Shown here: piece by piece, positions 22,415 through 33,895 of the stretch | Layout: every line of letters begins with the position of its first letter | Position numbering within the stretch: position 1 is the stretch's first letter | DNA from: Chromera velia | Taxonomy: Eukaryota | Direction: 5' to 3' | Length of the DNA: 54,043 nt | Assembly (NCBI GenBank): GCA_018398765.1 | Contig: JAHBMJ010000230.1 | Span: 1-54,043 of the forward strand | Program-made: the position numbers and the translations under genes | The notes under the pieces: generated by a model | Database searches by the model: none | What the model saw: only the letters and a program-made list of their open reading frames with translations | Told to the model about the DNA's origin: nothing

Positions 22415-24853
22415 GTGCAGAGCATTCCAGCGTTTCTCTTCTCTTGGCCAAACACCGGGCGCGACGCCACTCTGTCCTCCCAACCCACCACCGAGGATGA
22501 TGGTCCGGACATGGAGTTGGAGGGGGGGGAGGAGGGACCAGAGGGAAGGGAGGGGTTCCGATCCATTGAAGGGAGTGACTCCACTGCGATGCATCCCCTC
22601 GCTCGCCGGAGTGGAAGTATTTGACAAGGTGGGGGGCAGAGGGATGAGGTGGGGGACATGTACAAAATGGAAAAGGATGACTCAGATGCCGAGTTCTTCG
22701 CACAGAGCAGGCAGCGCAAGCCTAACCGAGCCAAAAAGCGGAAGAGGGGCAGACACCTGCCCAACGCCCTAAAATTCGATGCCTCCCTTCGTGGATTCTC
22801 CGAGGAAGTTCCTTCCAAGAGAAAAACTAGAAAGACATCCACACAGAAGGGAGCAGCAGCAGCAGCCGCTGGTGTGAGAAAGCCCCGCACAGCATACGGT
22901 AAAAACGCCACAGACCTCCTTATCCCTTCAGCCCAACACAAGAAGAGCCTCATGAGTGTCTCCTCATCCATCAAACATCCGAAGATCATGGTCACAGCAA
23001 AAGAGTTAGCAACAGGGCACACTCAAAACTTTGCTTCTCTGCCCCGATGCGGCGAGGCTCTCGGCATCAACCCAGGAACAATCAGCAGAGCATTAAAGTA
23101 CCAAGTAGGGTTGAACAAGAGCACAAACGAAACTGGGAGGTTCGCCTTCACTAAGATAGTGTTTCCTGCCGATGATCAGCAGCCCAGGGAGGGTGCAGCT
23201 GCTGCTGTGTCGTCTGCCGCAGGTGCTGCGTCCGCCAACCTAACACAGAGACGAGTGGCGAGAGGCTGAAAAGCCTTTTATCCCGTCGCTCTAGCTAAGG
23301 TCTCGACTACCCGAATGTCTAAAGTGGCCCCACGAGGAGGCAGGGGAGGGAAGGGCCTTGGTCGGGGGAGGGGACGCGGGAGAGGGGACCGGGGGAGGAG
23401 GGCCCGCATGTCTTCCACCAAGCCCCGAGAGGCATCTGTGATAGAAGAGGAGGAGGACGAAGGGGACAACCTGGAAAGGGAGGAGGCTGCAGAGGGGTAC
23501 CAGTATGACGCAGACGTGGATCCATCACAATGGATGGACGCTCCAGATGAGGGGGGGGAGGGAGATTAGGAGAATGAGGACGACTACTCCTACTACCATC
23601 CGGAGGGAGATTGGGAGAATGAAGACGACTACTCTTACTACCATCCGGAGGGAGATTGAGAGAATGAGGACGGCTACTCCTACTACCATCCGGAGGGAGA
23701 TTGGGAGAATGAGCGACTACTCCTACTACTATCCGGAGGGAGATTGGGAGAATGAGGATGGCTACTCCTACTACCATCCGGAGGGAGATTGGGAGAATGA
23801 GGACGAGTACTCCTACTACCATCCGGGTCCTTGGGGACCCCCTCCGGGCTATTTTAGAGACCATCCCATGCACGCACACCGAGGCTTCGGCCCTTCCTAC
23901 TACCTCCACCGCTACTCACCATACAACCAGCCCCCTTACCACCCCCCAACATCTACCTCAAACGACAACCCCTACCAGCAACAGCAAGGGCACAGAGACG
24001 GATACACAAGCAACGACAACACAGCAGGAGGCAGAGGCACCGCCCCCAACACGAAGTTCCGCTTCTCTTGGCCAAACACCGAGCGCAACCCCACTCTGTC
24101 CTCCCAACCCACCACCCAAAACCTCCCCGCGTCCACCCTTAAGACTGCTGAACAGCTCCTTCCCCCCCCCCAGCCCCCTCTCTCTGCATGTAGCAGCGCA
24201 ATTAGCTTTCCTCCTGTGCCCTCCACCCGCCCCTCTCTCATCCCCTAGGCTCAGACTAACACACTGAAAGACGCAGAAGGCTTTGCCATTCCCGACTCCC
24301 TACCTCACATGCGGCCGCCTTCACACACACAAACTGTGCACACGCCTGAGAGCAGCTGCCCTGTGACCCTGAAGAACTCTTCCCTTCAGTCCCACGAGGT
24401 CCCGGTGTCCTCCCAGATCCCCAAGGTGGAGTTGGACTCCGTCTCCCAGGCTCAGGCTCTCACTCTCACGTCCACTAAGCAGCATCTTGTCCCCTCAGGC
24501 TCCTCCTGCCCTTCCGGCACCCAGGCCTCCAACGGATCCCTCCTTGCTCGCCTTCCGTTCGTCGAGCAGAGCTCTTCTGCCGAGTCCCTCCGTGTGCCCA
24601 CTCTCGCTTCCAAGCCAGCCGCCTGCAACCTATCCACCTCCATCCTCAAGACTGGCAAAACCTGTCCCGAGGGTACCAACGACCAGGTTCATCGCACCTG
24701 CAATGTGACCCTCAAGAGGTCTTTCTTTGAGTGCGACGAGATCCCCGTGTCCTCCCAGATCTCCAAGAACGAGGAAAAAGAGGAGACGCAATACTAGAAA
24801 TTCTAAAGGGGAAGGAAAAACGACAGTTGGCGCCAAAAGAAGCAGGAAAACGG
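22415..24853 (+). pseudogene. Long degenerate ORF with a NUMOD1-like HTH, an RGG tract and a 15-aa acidic/Tyr tandem repeat
   Basis: ORFs at 22415, 22649 and 23315 are in one frame, separated by single stops (22622-22624, 23267-23269, 23567-23569). A 2-nt deletion at ~23714 shifts the frame, and further stops fall at 24246-24248 and 24795-24797. The HTH reads NFASLPRCGEALGINPGTISRALKY...GRFAF. Confidence 0.7.
23555..23826 (+). repeat. 45-bp tandem repeat x6 (PEGDWENEDDYSYYH)
   Basis: The unit is ccggagggagattgggagaatgaggacgactactcctactaccat. Confidence 0.95.
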
Positions 24854-25078
24854 GTCAGTAAGTCCTCTAAGCAGCAATTGAGACAGAACATATCATGCTT
24901 CCTGGTATTTCCTGGAGTACTGATGTCTCAATTCATTTTATCAAGTCGACCTTTCTCTCTTCCTTCCGTTACAATGAATCTGATTCACCTCTGTGCGCGG
25001 CGGTCTCGAGGAAGACCTTCCTTCCCTTTTTCCTTTTTTCCTTCTTTCTCTCTGTCTTCTTTTCTTTCTTTCTTTTTT

Positions 25079-25109
<31 letters not shown>

Positions 25110-25148
25110 GTCTTTCTTTCTGTCTTTCTTTCTTTCTTTCTTTTTTTT

Positions 25149-25180
<32 letters not shown>

Positions 25181-27742
25181 TTTTTCTTTCTTCCTTCCTT
25201 TCTTTCTTCCTTCCTTTCTTCCTTCTTTACTTCCTGAATGAGACTTTCCACTTGCAGCTGCACGGTGAGACACTCACTGCCTTGCTTAGCACTAGACTGT
25301 CGCTCGGTCTCTTGTCCTTTTTCGTTGATCGCCCGTGAAGGCTTTGATTTCGAATGGGTTTCTTCCAGCTGTGTCATGGTCCGTTCGTTTTTCAGTTGCA
25401 TGGTCGCATCCCCATGGTCGATAGCTGCTTGACATCGGGTTTGGACCCAGGGTGACAGACCATGCTCGGTTTATGTGGTACAAATGCATACGTGCTTGCC
25501 CATCAAGCCAATGGCAGATTTTCTGACAGCCGGCAGCTGCATGTAGCTGGCTTCCATGCCACTACGGCAAAACGTTGGCAGGCGACGTAGGTCTTCCGTT
25601 GTCAGAGACTTTGTCTGTTCTTGCGTCATTTGTCTTAAGATGAGGGGAGGGTGGGGGGGCACAACAATGCTGAGCTGAACGCATATGCAGCGGGACCAAT
25701 AGGGGGGCACGCAGGGCAAAGTGAACATAGCAGTACATGCACAGATCGAGCACGTCTCTATGGACCTCTCGGGAGTCACCGACGTGAATGCACACGCATG
25801 CAGGGCCGGATGACCGATCGATGGAGGAGCCATGCAGCCAGGGATATTCAGAGGCCGGCCGGGGATGTTTTCATCAATGATAGACAATGACAGAGATGCG
25901 CGTGCTTGTTGTCCATGCATGCGACCATGTGTGATCCTTCAGTGTTTCCGTATGTTGTGAACTTTACTGGTCCCTTGAGGAGCTCCTCTTCATTCCTCGT
26001 TGGCTACATTCTCCGCGTGCCTCTCCTTCTCTTGTTGGTTGCGATCTCCTCTCTACAGAAGCCAAAACAAGGTCCTCAAGCCATAAAAGCAAGCAAGGTG
26101 GGACGAAAAGTCTCTTTCTGACTGTCTCGGTCTACCTGTTTGTCCGTCTGTCTGCCTGTTGCTCTTTGTAAACATATAGTCTGCCTGCCTGCCACTCTGT
26201 TTGTCCGTTTGTTCGTCTGTCAGCCCAAAAAGGAGACAGAAAAAAGAAAAACAAATAGTCTGTCAGCCCACTGTGTGGAAGAGAAAGAACAAGAAAAAAA
26301 GAATTTAAAGAAGAAGAACAAAAAGTCTGTCACCCCATAGTGACTCCGTGAAAGAAAAAGGAAGAGAAGGAAAAAAGAAGAAGAAGAATAGTCAGCCGGT
26401 CTATGCGGCCGTTGCTATTGCTCCGTCTGTCCGTCCAATTCCCTTCGCTTACTTCTGCCTCTTCACTGCTCCCTCCGTACAGTAAACTGAAGGCACGCGC
26501 GCGGCCGGGAAAGCCTTAGGGCAGAGGAGGAGGGATGGACGGACGGATGGATGGATGGACGGACGGACAGATGGACGGACGAACGGACGCATGGATGGAT
26601 GGATGGATGGATGGAGTAGCCCCACCCACGAATCCGTCGATCGATCGATCGGTAATGTCCATGTGCGTGCATGAACTCTTTTATTTCAATTGTTTTTTCA
26701 TTCTCCCTGCTTCTCCCTCCGACTTCTGACATACAACCACCTACCTGGGGGAGTGGGGGAAAGGGTAGAGGAGGAGAGAAATGAAAGGATGGATGAATGG
26801 ATGGATAGTGGATGGTTGGAGGGATAGATGGATGGTGGGTGGTCTTCCCCAGTGCGTTTTTGTTCGTTCGTCTCATGGGTCATCTTTTGTGGGTCGTTTT
26901 TCGTGGATACTGTTCTTTTATGGGTCATTTTTCGTTTCCTCACTGCGCAATGCTCTTCTCACATTGAAGAAGAAGAAGAGGCAGGTGCAGGTACAGTAGG
27001 TACAGCAAATAGGAGTGCGTTCCTTAATTTTTTTTTTATTTGCATGCCAGCCAGCCAGTCTGGGCCAAAAGAGCGGGAGAGAGGAGAGGAGAGAAGCGAT
27101 CGACACCTGCCTGAATGTTCCTGTCGGTCGTCACACACCCTCGTTTGTTCATTTACTCATTTATTCGTCTCCTCTCGCAACGCATCCTCAGAAGGGGAAG
27201 GTAATCCTATTCTGGGGGGGGAGCGGTAACAGCGACAGACAGAGTGAAATTGTCGCTCGCTCTCTCCACTTGTTTGTATGGATGGAAAAGGGGGAAGACG
27301 GGAGCGTGTGAAGTAAACACTTGAGTGCTCTGACGCGTTGGAGCTTTTTTTGTTCCCCTTGCTTGCTTGCATGTTTCCGTCTCTCTCTCTGAAAGGAAGC
27401 CTCTCTTGTCTTCTCTTTTCCTTTCGGGGGGGGAAACATGCAGCCGTAAACGGTGGACGGAAGGAACAATGGCTTGTCTTTTTATTTGTTGGCTGGTTGG
27501 AAGTTCTTAGGAGGGATCGTTTCGCCCCCTCTCCTCCCTCTTCTCCTGTCCTCTCTTCCCCAGTGCGTTTTTGTTTGTTCGTCTCTCCCAATCTGTTTGC
27601 ACCTTTGTCTGTTCGTCTGTCTCGCTGCCTCAGTAGTTCATATGAAGTGCGTGCGTCGAGAGGAGAAAACCGTGTTCTCTTTCTCCCAAAAATCCGTTTT
27701 TCTTGATGCACACGTGCGACATCTCTCTCTGCAAGCGTGATT

Positions 27743-28367
27743 GAGTCTGTGAGCGAGTCACGCAAACCACCAAAACAAGAAGAGAAGGACAAACAAGTCC
27801 ATAGAGTGAATGTAGAAAGGAGAGGGAGAGGGTATAAAGGGGGAGCCGGGGGGGATTTTTGGGTGGGTGAAACTCGGGGCTGATGTGGTGGCAGCGGATT
27901 GATCCGACAATCGAGGGGGGAATTTAGGATGAGATTGGGTGTATGCGCCTGGAAAGATTTTTTTCTCGATCTGTCCCTCACACGTTTATTCTTCCCTGCA
28001 TGCCTTGCGGGACTGTCAAGGATATATGCATGCAAGCAAAAAGGTAGATCTCTAAAACAAGAAGTCTGTGAGTCTGTGAGCGAGTCACGCAAACCACCAA
28101 AACAAGAAGAGAAGGACAAACAAGTCTATGGGGTGAAACTAGACAGGAGAGGGAGAGGGTATGAAGGGGGAGCCGGGAGTATTTTTGGATGGGTGAAACT
28201 CGGGGCTGATGTGGTGGCAGCGGATTGATCCGACGATCAGGAGGGGATTCCCCAGGGTAATTTAGGATGAGATTGGGTGCATACGCTTAGAAAGATTTGT
28301 TTTTTGATCTGTCCCTCACACGTCCATTCTTCCCTGCCTAGCGGGACTGTGCATGCAAGCAAAAAGG
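27743..28367. repeat. Diverged ~300-bp tandem duplication (27743-28044 / 28070-28367)
   Basis: Both copies start gagtctgtgagcgagtcacgcaaaccaccaaaacaagaagagaaggacaaacaagtc and end gcatgcaagcaaaaagg. Confidence 0.9.
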
Positions 28368-29195
28368 CACATACGAATGAAATACGGGGGGGGGGCGGCT
28401 ACGTTTTCGAAGCCTTTGCGCTGGCCCCGGGNNNNNNNNNNNNNNNNNNNNNNNNNNNNNNNNNNNNNNNNNNNNNNNNNNNNNNNNNNNNNNNNNNNNN
28501 NNNNNNNNNNNNNNNNNNNNNNNNNNNNNNNNNNNNNNNNNNNNNNNNNNNNNNNNNNNNNNNNNNNNNNNNNNNNNNNNNNNNNNNNNNNNNNNNNNNN
28601 NNNNNNNNNNNNNNNNNNNNNNNNNNNNNNNNNNNNNNNNNNNNNNNNNNNNNNNNNNNNNNNNNNNNNNNNNNNNNNNNNNNNNNNNNNNNNNNNNNNN
28701 NNNNNNNNNNNNNNNNNNNNNNNNNNNNNNNNNNNNNNNNNNNNNNNNNNNNNNNNNACCCCCAGCTGCCTCGCAGGCCGACCGGATCATGCATGGATGC
28801 GGTCGGCTTTTCGGGCATGATGAAACCTCCTCATGCAGCTATATCCAGACATTCTATGAACATTGTCCTCATCTTTGATCTTTGCAGCGGATGAATGGAT
28901 GGATGGTGGATGGTTGGAGGGATGGATGGATGGACGGACGGATAGATGGACAGATGGATGGATAGATGAACGGATGGATGGATGGGTGGTGGATGGTTGG
29001 AGGGATGAATGGATAGATGGTGTCGAGGCGAGACCGTCACAGTAGGCAGACATGGGACCGCGTTCAGGAAATGAACAAAGAAAGGGGAATGAAGGGAACG
29101 AAAGAAAGGAAAGCGTGGGAGAAGAGAGGATAGAAGAGAAAGTATACGGACACTCTCCCTCATTACACTCTCTCCTTCGCTCACTCAGGTTTCAC

Positions 29196-29230
<35 letters not shown>

Positions 29231-29643
29231 TAGGCAGACAGAGTCCGTTTTCCTTTTTTACTATAATCTCCCTCTCCTTTCCTTTCCTTTCTGTCGTTTC
29301 CTTCCTTCCCTGCCCAAATGCAAAGTCCGGCAAAGTCTCTCCCGACCGTTTCTCGTCTCTTTTTCTTTTCACCAGTATGTCTCCGCCCTTCGAACGAACG
29401 AACTTTTGTTTCTCTGCATGCTCTCGTCAGGAGGAGAAAGAACAAAAAAATAGAGTTCCATCCAGCGAAAGGTAATAGAAGAACAATTGAGCGAAAGATC
29501 GAGGGAGAAGAGAGATCCACCATCCATCCATCCCTCTAACCATCCACTTGTACAAATAGGGTTTAATACTTAATCAACAGAAAGGGATCAACACACCTGT
29601 CGTTGTCACCGTTCTTCCTGCACCAGTTGTACTGGTGCTATTT

Positions 29644-29841
29644 CGTATGCCGGGGCCCGCCGGGTTCTTTTTTGCCCCCCCAAAGCGGCGCTTCGCCGCC
29701 GAAAACTCGACTGAACCAACCAAGTAGCCTCCAGAGCTGAAAGTTGGAGGATTTCTTACCTATCCCACTCCTATCAATTCTATGGAACAGAATCTCCAGA
29801 CTTCAACTATAGCTAGTGCACCAGCAGTTTCCTGTTTGCCA
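29644..29841 (+). repeat. Left inverted repeat
   Basis: It matches the reverse complement of 35334-35542. Identical blocks include atgccggggcccgc, gcctccagagctgaaagtt and atcaattctatggaacagaat. Confidence 0.92.
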
Positions 29842-29885
29842 GTTTATTTTTTGAAAAAAATTCATGTCCGCTCCCTTCCGTCTCC

Positions 29886-31485
29886 ATGGCTGCTGAAAGT
29901 GTGGAGGCAGCCATCGCGGCAGTGAGGCAGTGCAGAAGCATATTTCTAGATGAGGGACCCATCACGGCCCTAATTTTAGCGTTGGAAAGAAAGTCGGCCC
30001 CCCTTGAAGAGAAGAAAAACGGAGTCCTTAAATTGTTTGACTCGCTCCAATCGAAGATGACCAACTCTTTCTCTATTTTGTTCAAAAATCTGCTCTCGTC
30101 GACAATGCGGAGGCCTGAGTACGGGGCCAGGGAGGCCCCAAAAGAAATCCCAGGGCACTGGGTTACGAGGGGCTGGGCCTTTTTTGACTTGTGCAAGGAC
30201 GAATTCAATGAATTTCACGCTTCATTGAATTGGTTGTCCTACAGATTGCGTGTGTTAAACGGCCTTAAGTACTTCGCGTTGAAGTACCGAGTCCTCTTGC
30301 TTGCTACTTACCAGACGGACATTCTGATAGGGTTCCTCGGACCTCACTACGTGTGGGGGAGGGTCGTTCTGGGACTGGGGGAAGTAGATGCGTCAGCCGA
30401 GCAGGACGACATTCCGAAAGGTGATTCAATACATCTTTCTCCCCCAATGAAGCAGTGCTGGTCACACTGCGGAGGGGTGTTTGGACCGGGAAAATGGAAG
30501 AATAGGTGCATGGATGCATGAGTGCATGAACAGATGGATGGACCCTGCCTGCCTGCCTGTACTTGCCTGCCTGCCTCTCTGCCCAGCTGCCCGCCTGCCT
30601 GCCTGCCTGCCTTGCGTGCTTTGCCTGCCTGCCTGCCTGCCTTGCCTTGCCAGGCTTGCCTACCTGCCTGCCTGCCTGCCTTGCCTGTCTGCCTTGCCTG
30701 CCTACCTTGCCTGCCTACCTTGTCTGCCTGCCTTGTCTGCCTGCCTGTCTGCCGGGCTGTTCGCCTGCCTGCCTGCCTGGTGATGGATGGAGGGATAAAT
30801 GACTTGATGGTGTATGTGCGCCTCTGTGAGTGCAGAGGTGATTTGTGGAGTGGATCCCGTATTCGACATGACGGACGAGAGGATGCGTGCCTTGCTGACG
30901 ACGAACTACAAGCCCGAGGAGGAGGTGACCTCGGAGGAAGAAGGAGCGGAGGGAGGAGGGGGGAAGAAGAGAAAGCTGAAGAAAAGGCAGCCCCAAAATG
31001 ATGCGAAGAGGCGAAAGGCAGTGGAGCGCCTCCTCAAGATGGAGGCCGTCCAATTCAGGACAGCCATAGAGCGCCCCTGCGTTGTCCATCTGAGGGGAAA
31101 GGCGATCCAGGGTGTGCTGCCTGGGTTGCAGGTCGATGCCGTCTTTAACCGATGGTTCGGAGTGGAGGGGGGTGTAGCAAGACGGCTCCTTCGTCCTTCC
31201 ATTTACATGTCGTTCAGCAGCAGCAGGGTGGGGTTGGCGTCCCTTCACCTGGTGTATGATGTCCCAGACAACCCTGCAGCAATGGAGCGGGTAACGTTTG
31301 TGGCCTCTTTTTCTTCCTTTGCTGCACCAGCACCTGCAGCAGCGGCTGCAGCAGCGGCTGCAGCAGGAGCAGATGTCCTTCAGATGGCTTGGAGTGGGCC
31401 GCCACTCCCTTTTCAGCCTTCGGCGCCCACAGAGGATTCGGCCGATGACGGACAGGATAAAGTCTACTTTGATTTTGATGTTTGA
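29886..31485 (+). CDS. Two-exon hypothetical protein (~420 aa), convergent partner of the RAG1-like transposase
   Basis: ORFs at 29886-~30505 and ~30831-31485 are separated by a (GCCT)n-filled intron; the exact junction is uncertain. It has a KKRKLKKR NLS-like patch and an acidic C-terminus (EDSADDGQDKVYFDFDV). There are no internal stops. Confidence 0.75.
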
Positions 31486-31903
31486 GTCATTGAGGTTTGA
31501 GGTTTGAGGTTTGATTTTAAATAAAAAACCGTTCATTTAAATTCTATTTTAAATTTTAATTTATGCTTAAAGTATACTTATAATTTAAATTCTTTTTGAT
31601 CGAAGTATAAAATTTAAACTGAGAAATTCTAGTTTGAAATATAGTTGACGGTTAATGTATTTCATTTAAATTATAGTTTATATGCTTTATATATATACTT
31701 TATTTATTGATTTATAAATTCTAGTTAAAAATATAGTTGACGATTAATATCAATGCTATGCTATGCTACGTAAATATACGTCACCTGAATTCTATTTTGA
31801 ATTATGGTTTATAGTTAACTAGATACTTAATCTACTTAATTTAAATTAGAGTTTAAATGACTTAAAATTTAATGCTTAAAATTTATATGCTATTAATTTT
31901 TTT

Positions 31904-33107
31904 TTACATGTTTTCATCTTGGTCCTGAACGTCTTCAACGAAATCAAGCTCAACAGATATGTCTAAATCGGCATCGGAATCAGCCTCACTCTCTGACGAG
32001 AGGTCTTTCTTCTCACCTGGTGTAAGCATTAGTTCAAGGCGGGAAGCGGTCCGCGCCTCTGTCCTTCTGTCGGCGGTACTGGAAGCTGAAAAGGTCTGCA
32101 AGAGATGGCCAGTCACTAGCCGACGGCCCATGTCCAGGTCTCTTCCCTTCCACTTTTCCGTTGGGGCCTTTGTGCCAAACGAACCATGACTTGAGGCGCC
32201 TTTTGATGAAAAGGCTTCCTTGATGACCCAGTTGAAGGCTTCATGAGCCTGCATATTAAAGACCCTCCCATAAGACCCCCTCGTTCTCATCCAATACCAG
32301 GCATGCTCAAGCCTGTGGAGGGTCCCATTCCACTTTACCCCCGTATGCTTATGAATCTGCAGAAAAAGATCTTTCAACTGCCACAACGCAGCTGCGTAGT
32401 TTCCTGCCCCTTTCATATCCAAATCTGTTGTCATACGAAGAACATGTAGGCACCGAAACAACGATGTCTGCATGATCCTCTCTTTTGTGTCCGTCATGTG
32501 GCACATGCGGAACATGTCTTTGTGCTGAAGGGACAGCTTCACAACAGTCCGCCCCTGCAGACTCTTCTTTGGCAAGACGAACTTTGGGGCAGTTGGCTTC
32601 TTCAAGAGCTCCGGATTGACTACCAAAATCAGTGTGTCTGTGTTGATCAGGATGCTGTCCCTTGAAAGAGAGTTCATCTTGTGCAGGACTTTCCGTCCGC
32701 ACTGCTTGCCCTCCTCGTTTGGCTTGAGAGGGCAGTTGCACTCATGACGGCAAAGGGGCTGGATCTTGGCTTTCTTTGTCTCCTCCCCCCCTTTCCTTTT
32801 CGCTTCCTCCTCTTCCTCACAGGGGGGGGGAATTTCGTCCCCCTCTTCTGCATTCAGCTCAGCCTCACTCGCAGAGGACCCCCCCCCTTGCCTGCATTCC
32901 TGACACATGCAGGCACTTCTCCACATGGTCGTGCGAAAACGGCGAATGCAGATGAATTCTGCCGCACGCATCGCAAGGTGGAGGACATCGGGCTAGACCT
33001 CTTTGATTCATGAGGGCCACCGCCACGGCCCCACGCTGCCTTTGCAGACCCATCGGTAGCAATCTGTCGAGTGCTTTCCAGAACATGCGCAGCCTGCATT
33101 GAACTGA

Positions 33108-33147
<40 letters not shown>

Positions 33148-33153
33148 ACATAT

Positions 33154-33214
<61 letters not shown>

Positions 33215-33851
33215 CCCACTTTTGCATCGTAGCTTTGATATGTCCTCGTCGGGGCTGAGTCAGGGGGTGGAGGGTCTAAGTAGGACCTGGTTAGTCTTCG
33301 GGGGTTGAAATTGGCATCCTTCGAAACCCACTTCTTGAGCCCCTTGAGGGTCTGCATCTCTTTGTCATTCTGAAAACAGTTGCCGCAGGACGCAGCGCAA
33401 CTCACCCCTGCATATCCCTTTCCCTTGAGTTCAGCGCTCTGGTCTACAGTCCCGTAGAATTCTATTTGCATGCAGAAAGAGAAAAAGAAACAGGGGAATT
33501 ATTATGGGATAGAGTGAGAGAGAGAAAGAGGGGAAGGGAGCGGAAGGGAGGGGTGGGGAGACCAACCTTGACAGTTTTTCCTGCGTGTGGGCCTTTTTGA
33601 AGAACGATCCCGGTCGTCGAGAGAAGGGTCCCCCCAGTCTTGATCTCTAGGGCCTCGAAGAGGGAGGTGATGGTGTTGACATTCTCCTGCCAATTAGCAA
33701 TGCCGAGGCAGCAAGAGAGATCAACTCTGTACAGTGCCTCATTTAGGATACAGAGGGGCCGCATCATGAGTAAAACACACCCGCCCCCTGCACATACAGA
33801 CACACACACACACACACACACACACATGTGCACACACACACACACATACAT

Positions 33852-33895
<44 letters not shown>

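Noticed and set aside
23555..23826. CRISPR-like array (also considered for 985-1828)
   Set aside because: The units are contiguous, in-frame tandem repeats with no unique spacers, there are no cas genes, and the context is eukaryotic.
25238..25640. Coding exon downstream of the NUMOD1 pseudogene
   Set aside because: The frames examined on both strands are interrupted, so strand and product could not be decided.
28277..28894. ORFs spanning N runs (also 48828-49163)
   Set aside because: They are artefacts of translating through gaps.
29886..31485. RAG2-like call for the partner gene
   Set aside because: No kelch repeats or PHD finger are visible. Position alone is not enough.
31491..31513. 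Telomere-like (TTTGAGG)n
   Set aside because: There are only three copies, the position is internal, and it is not a canonical telomere unit.
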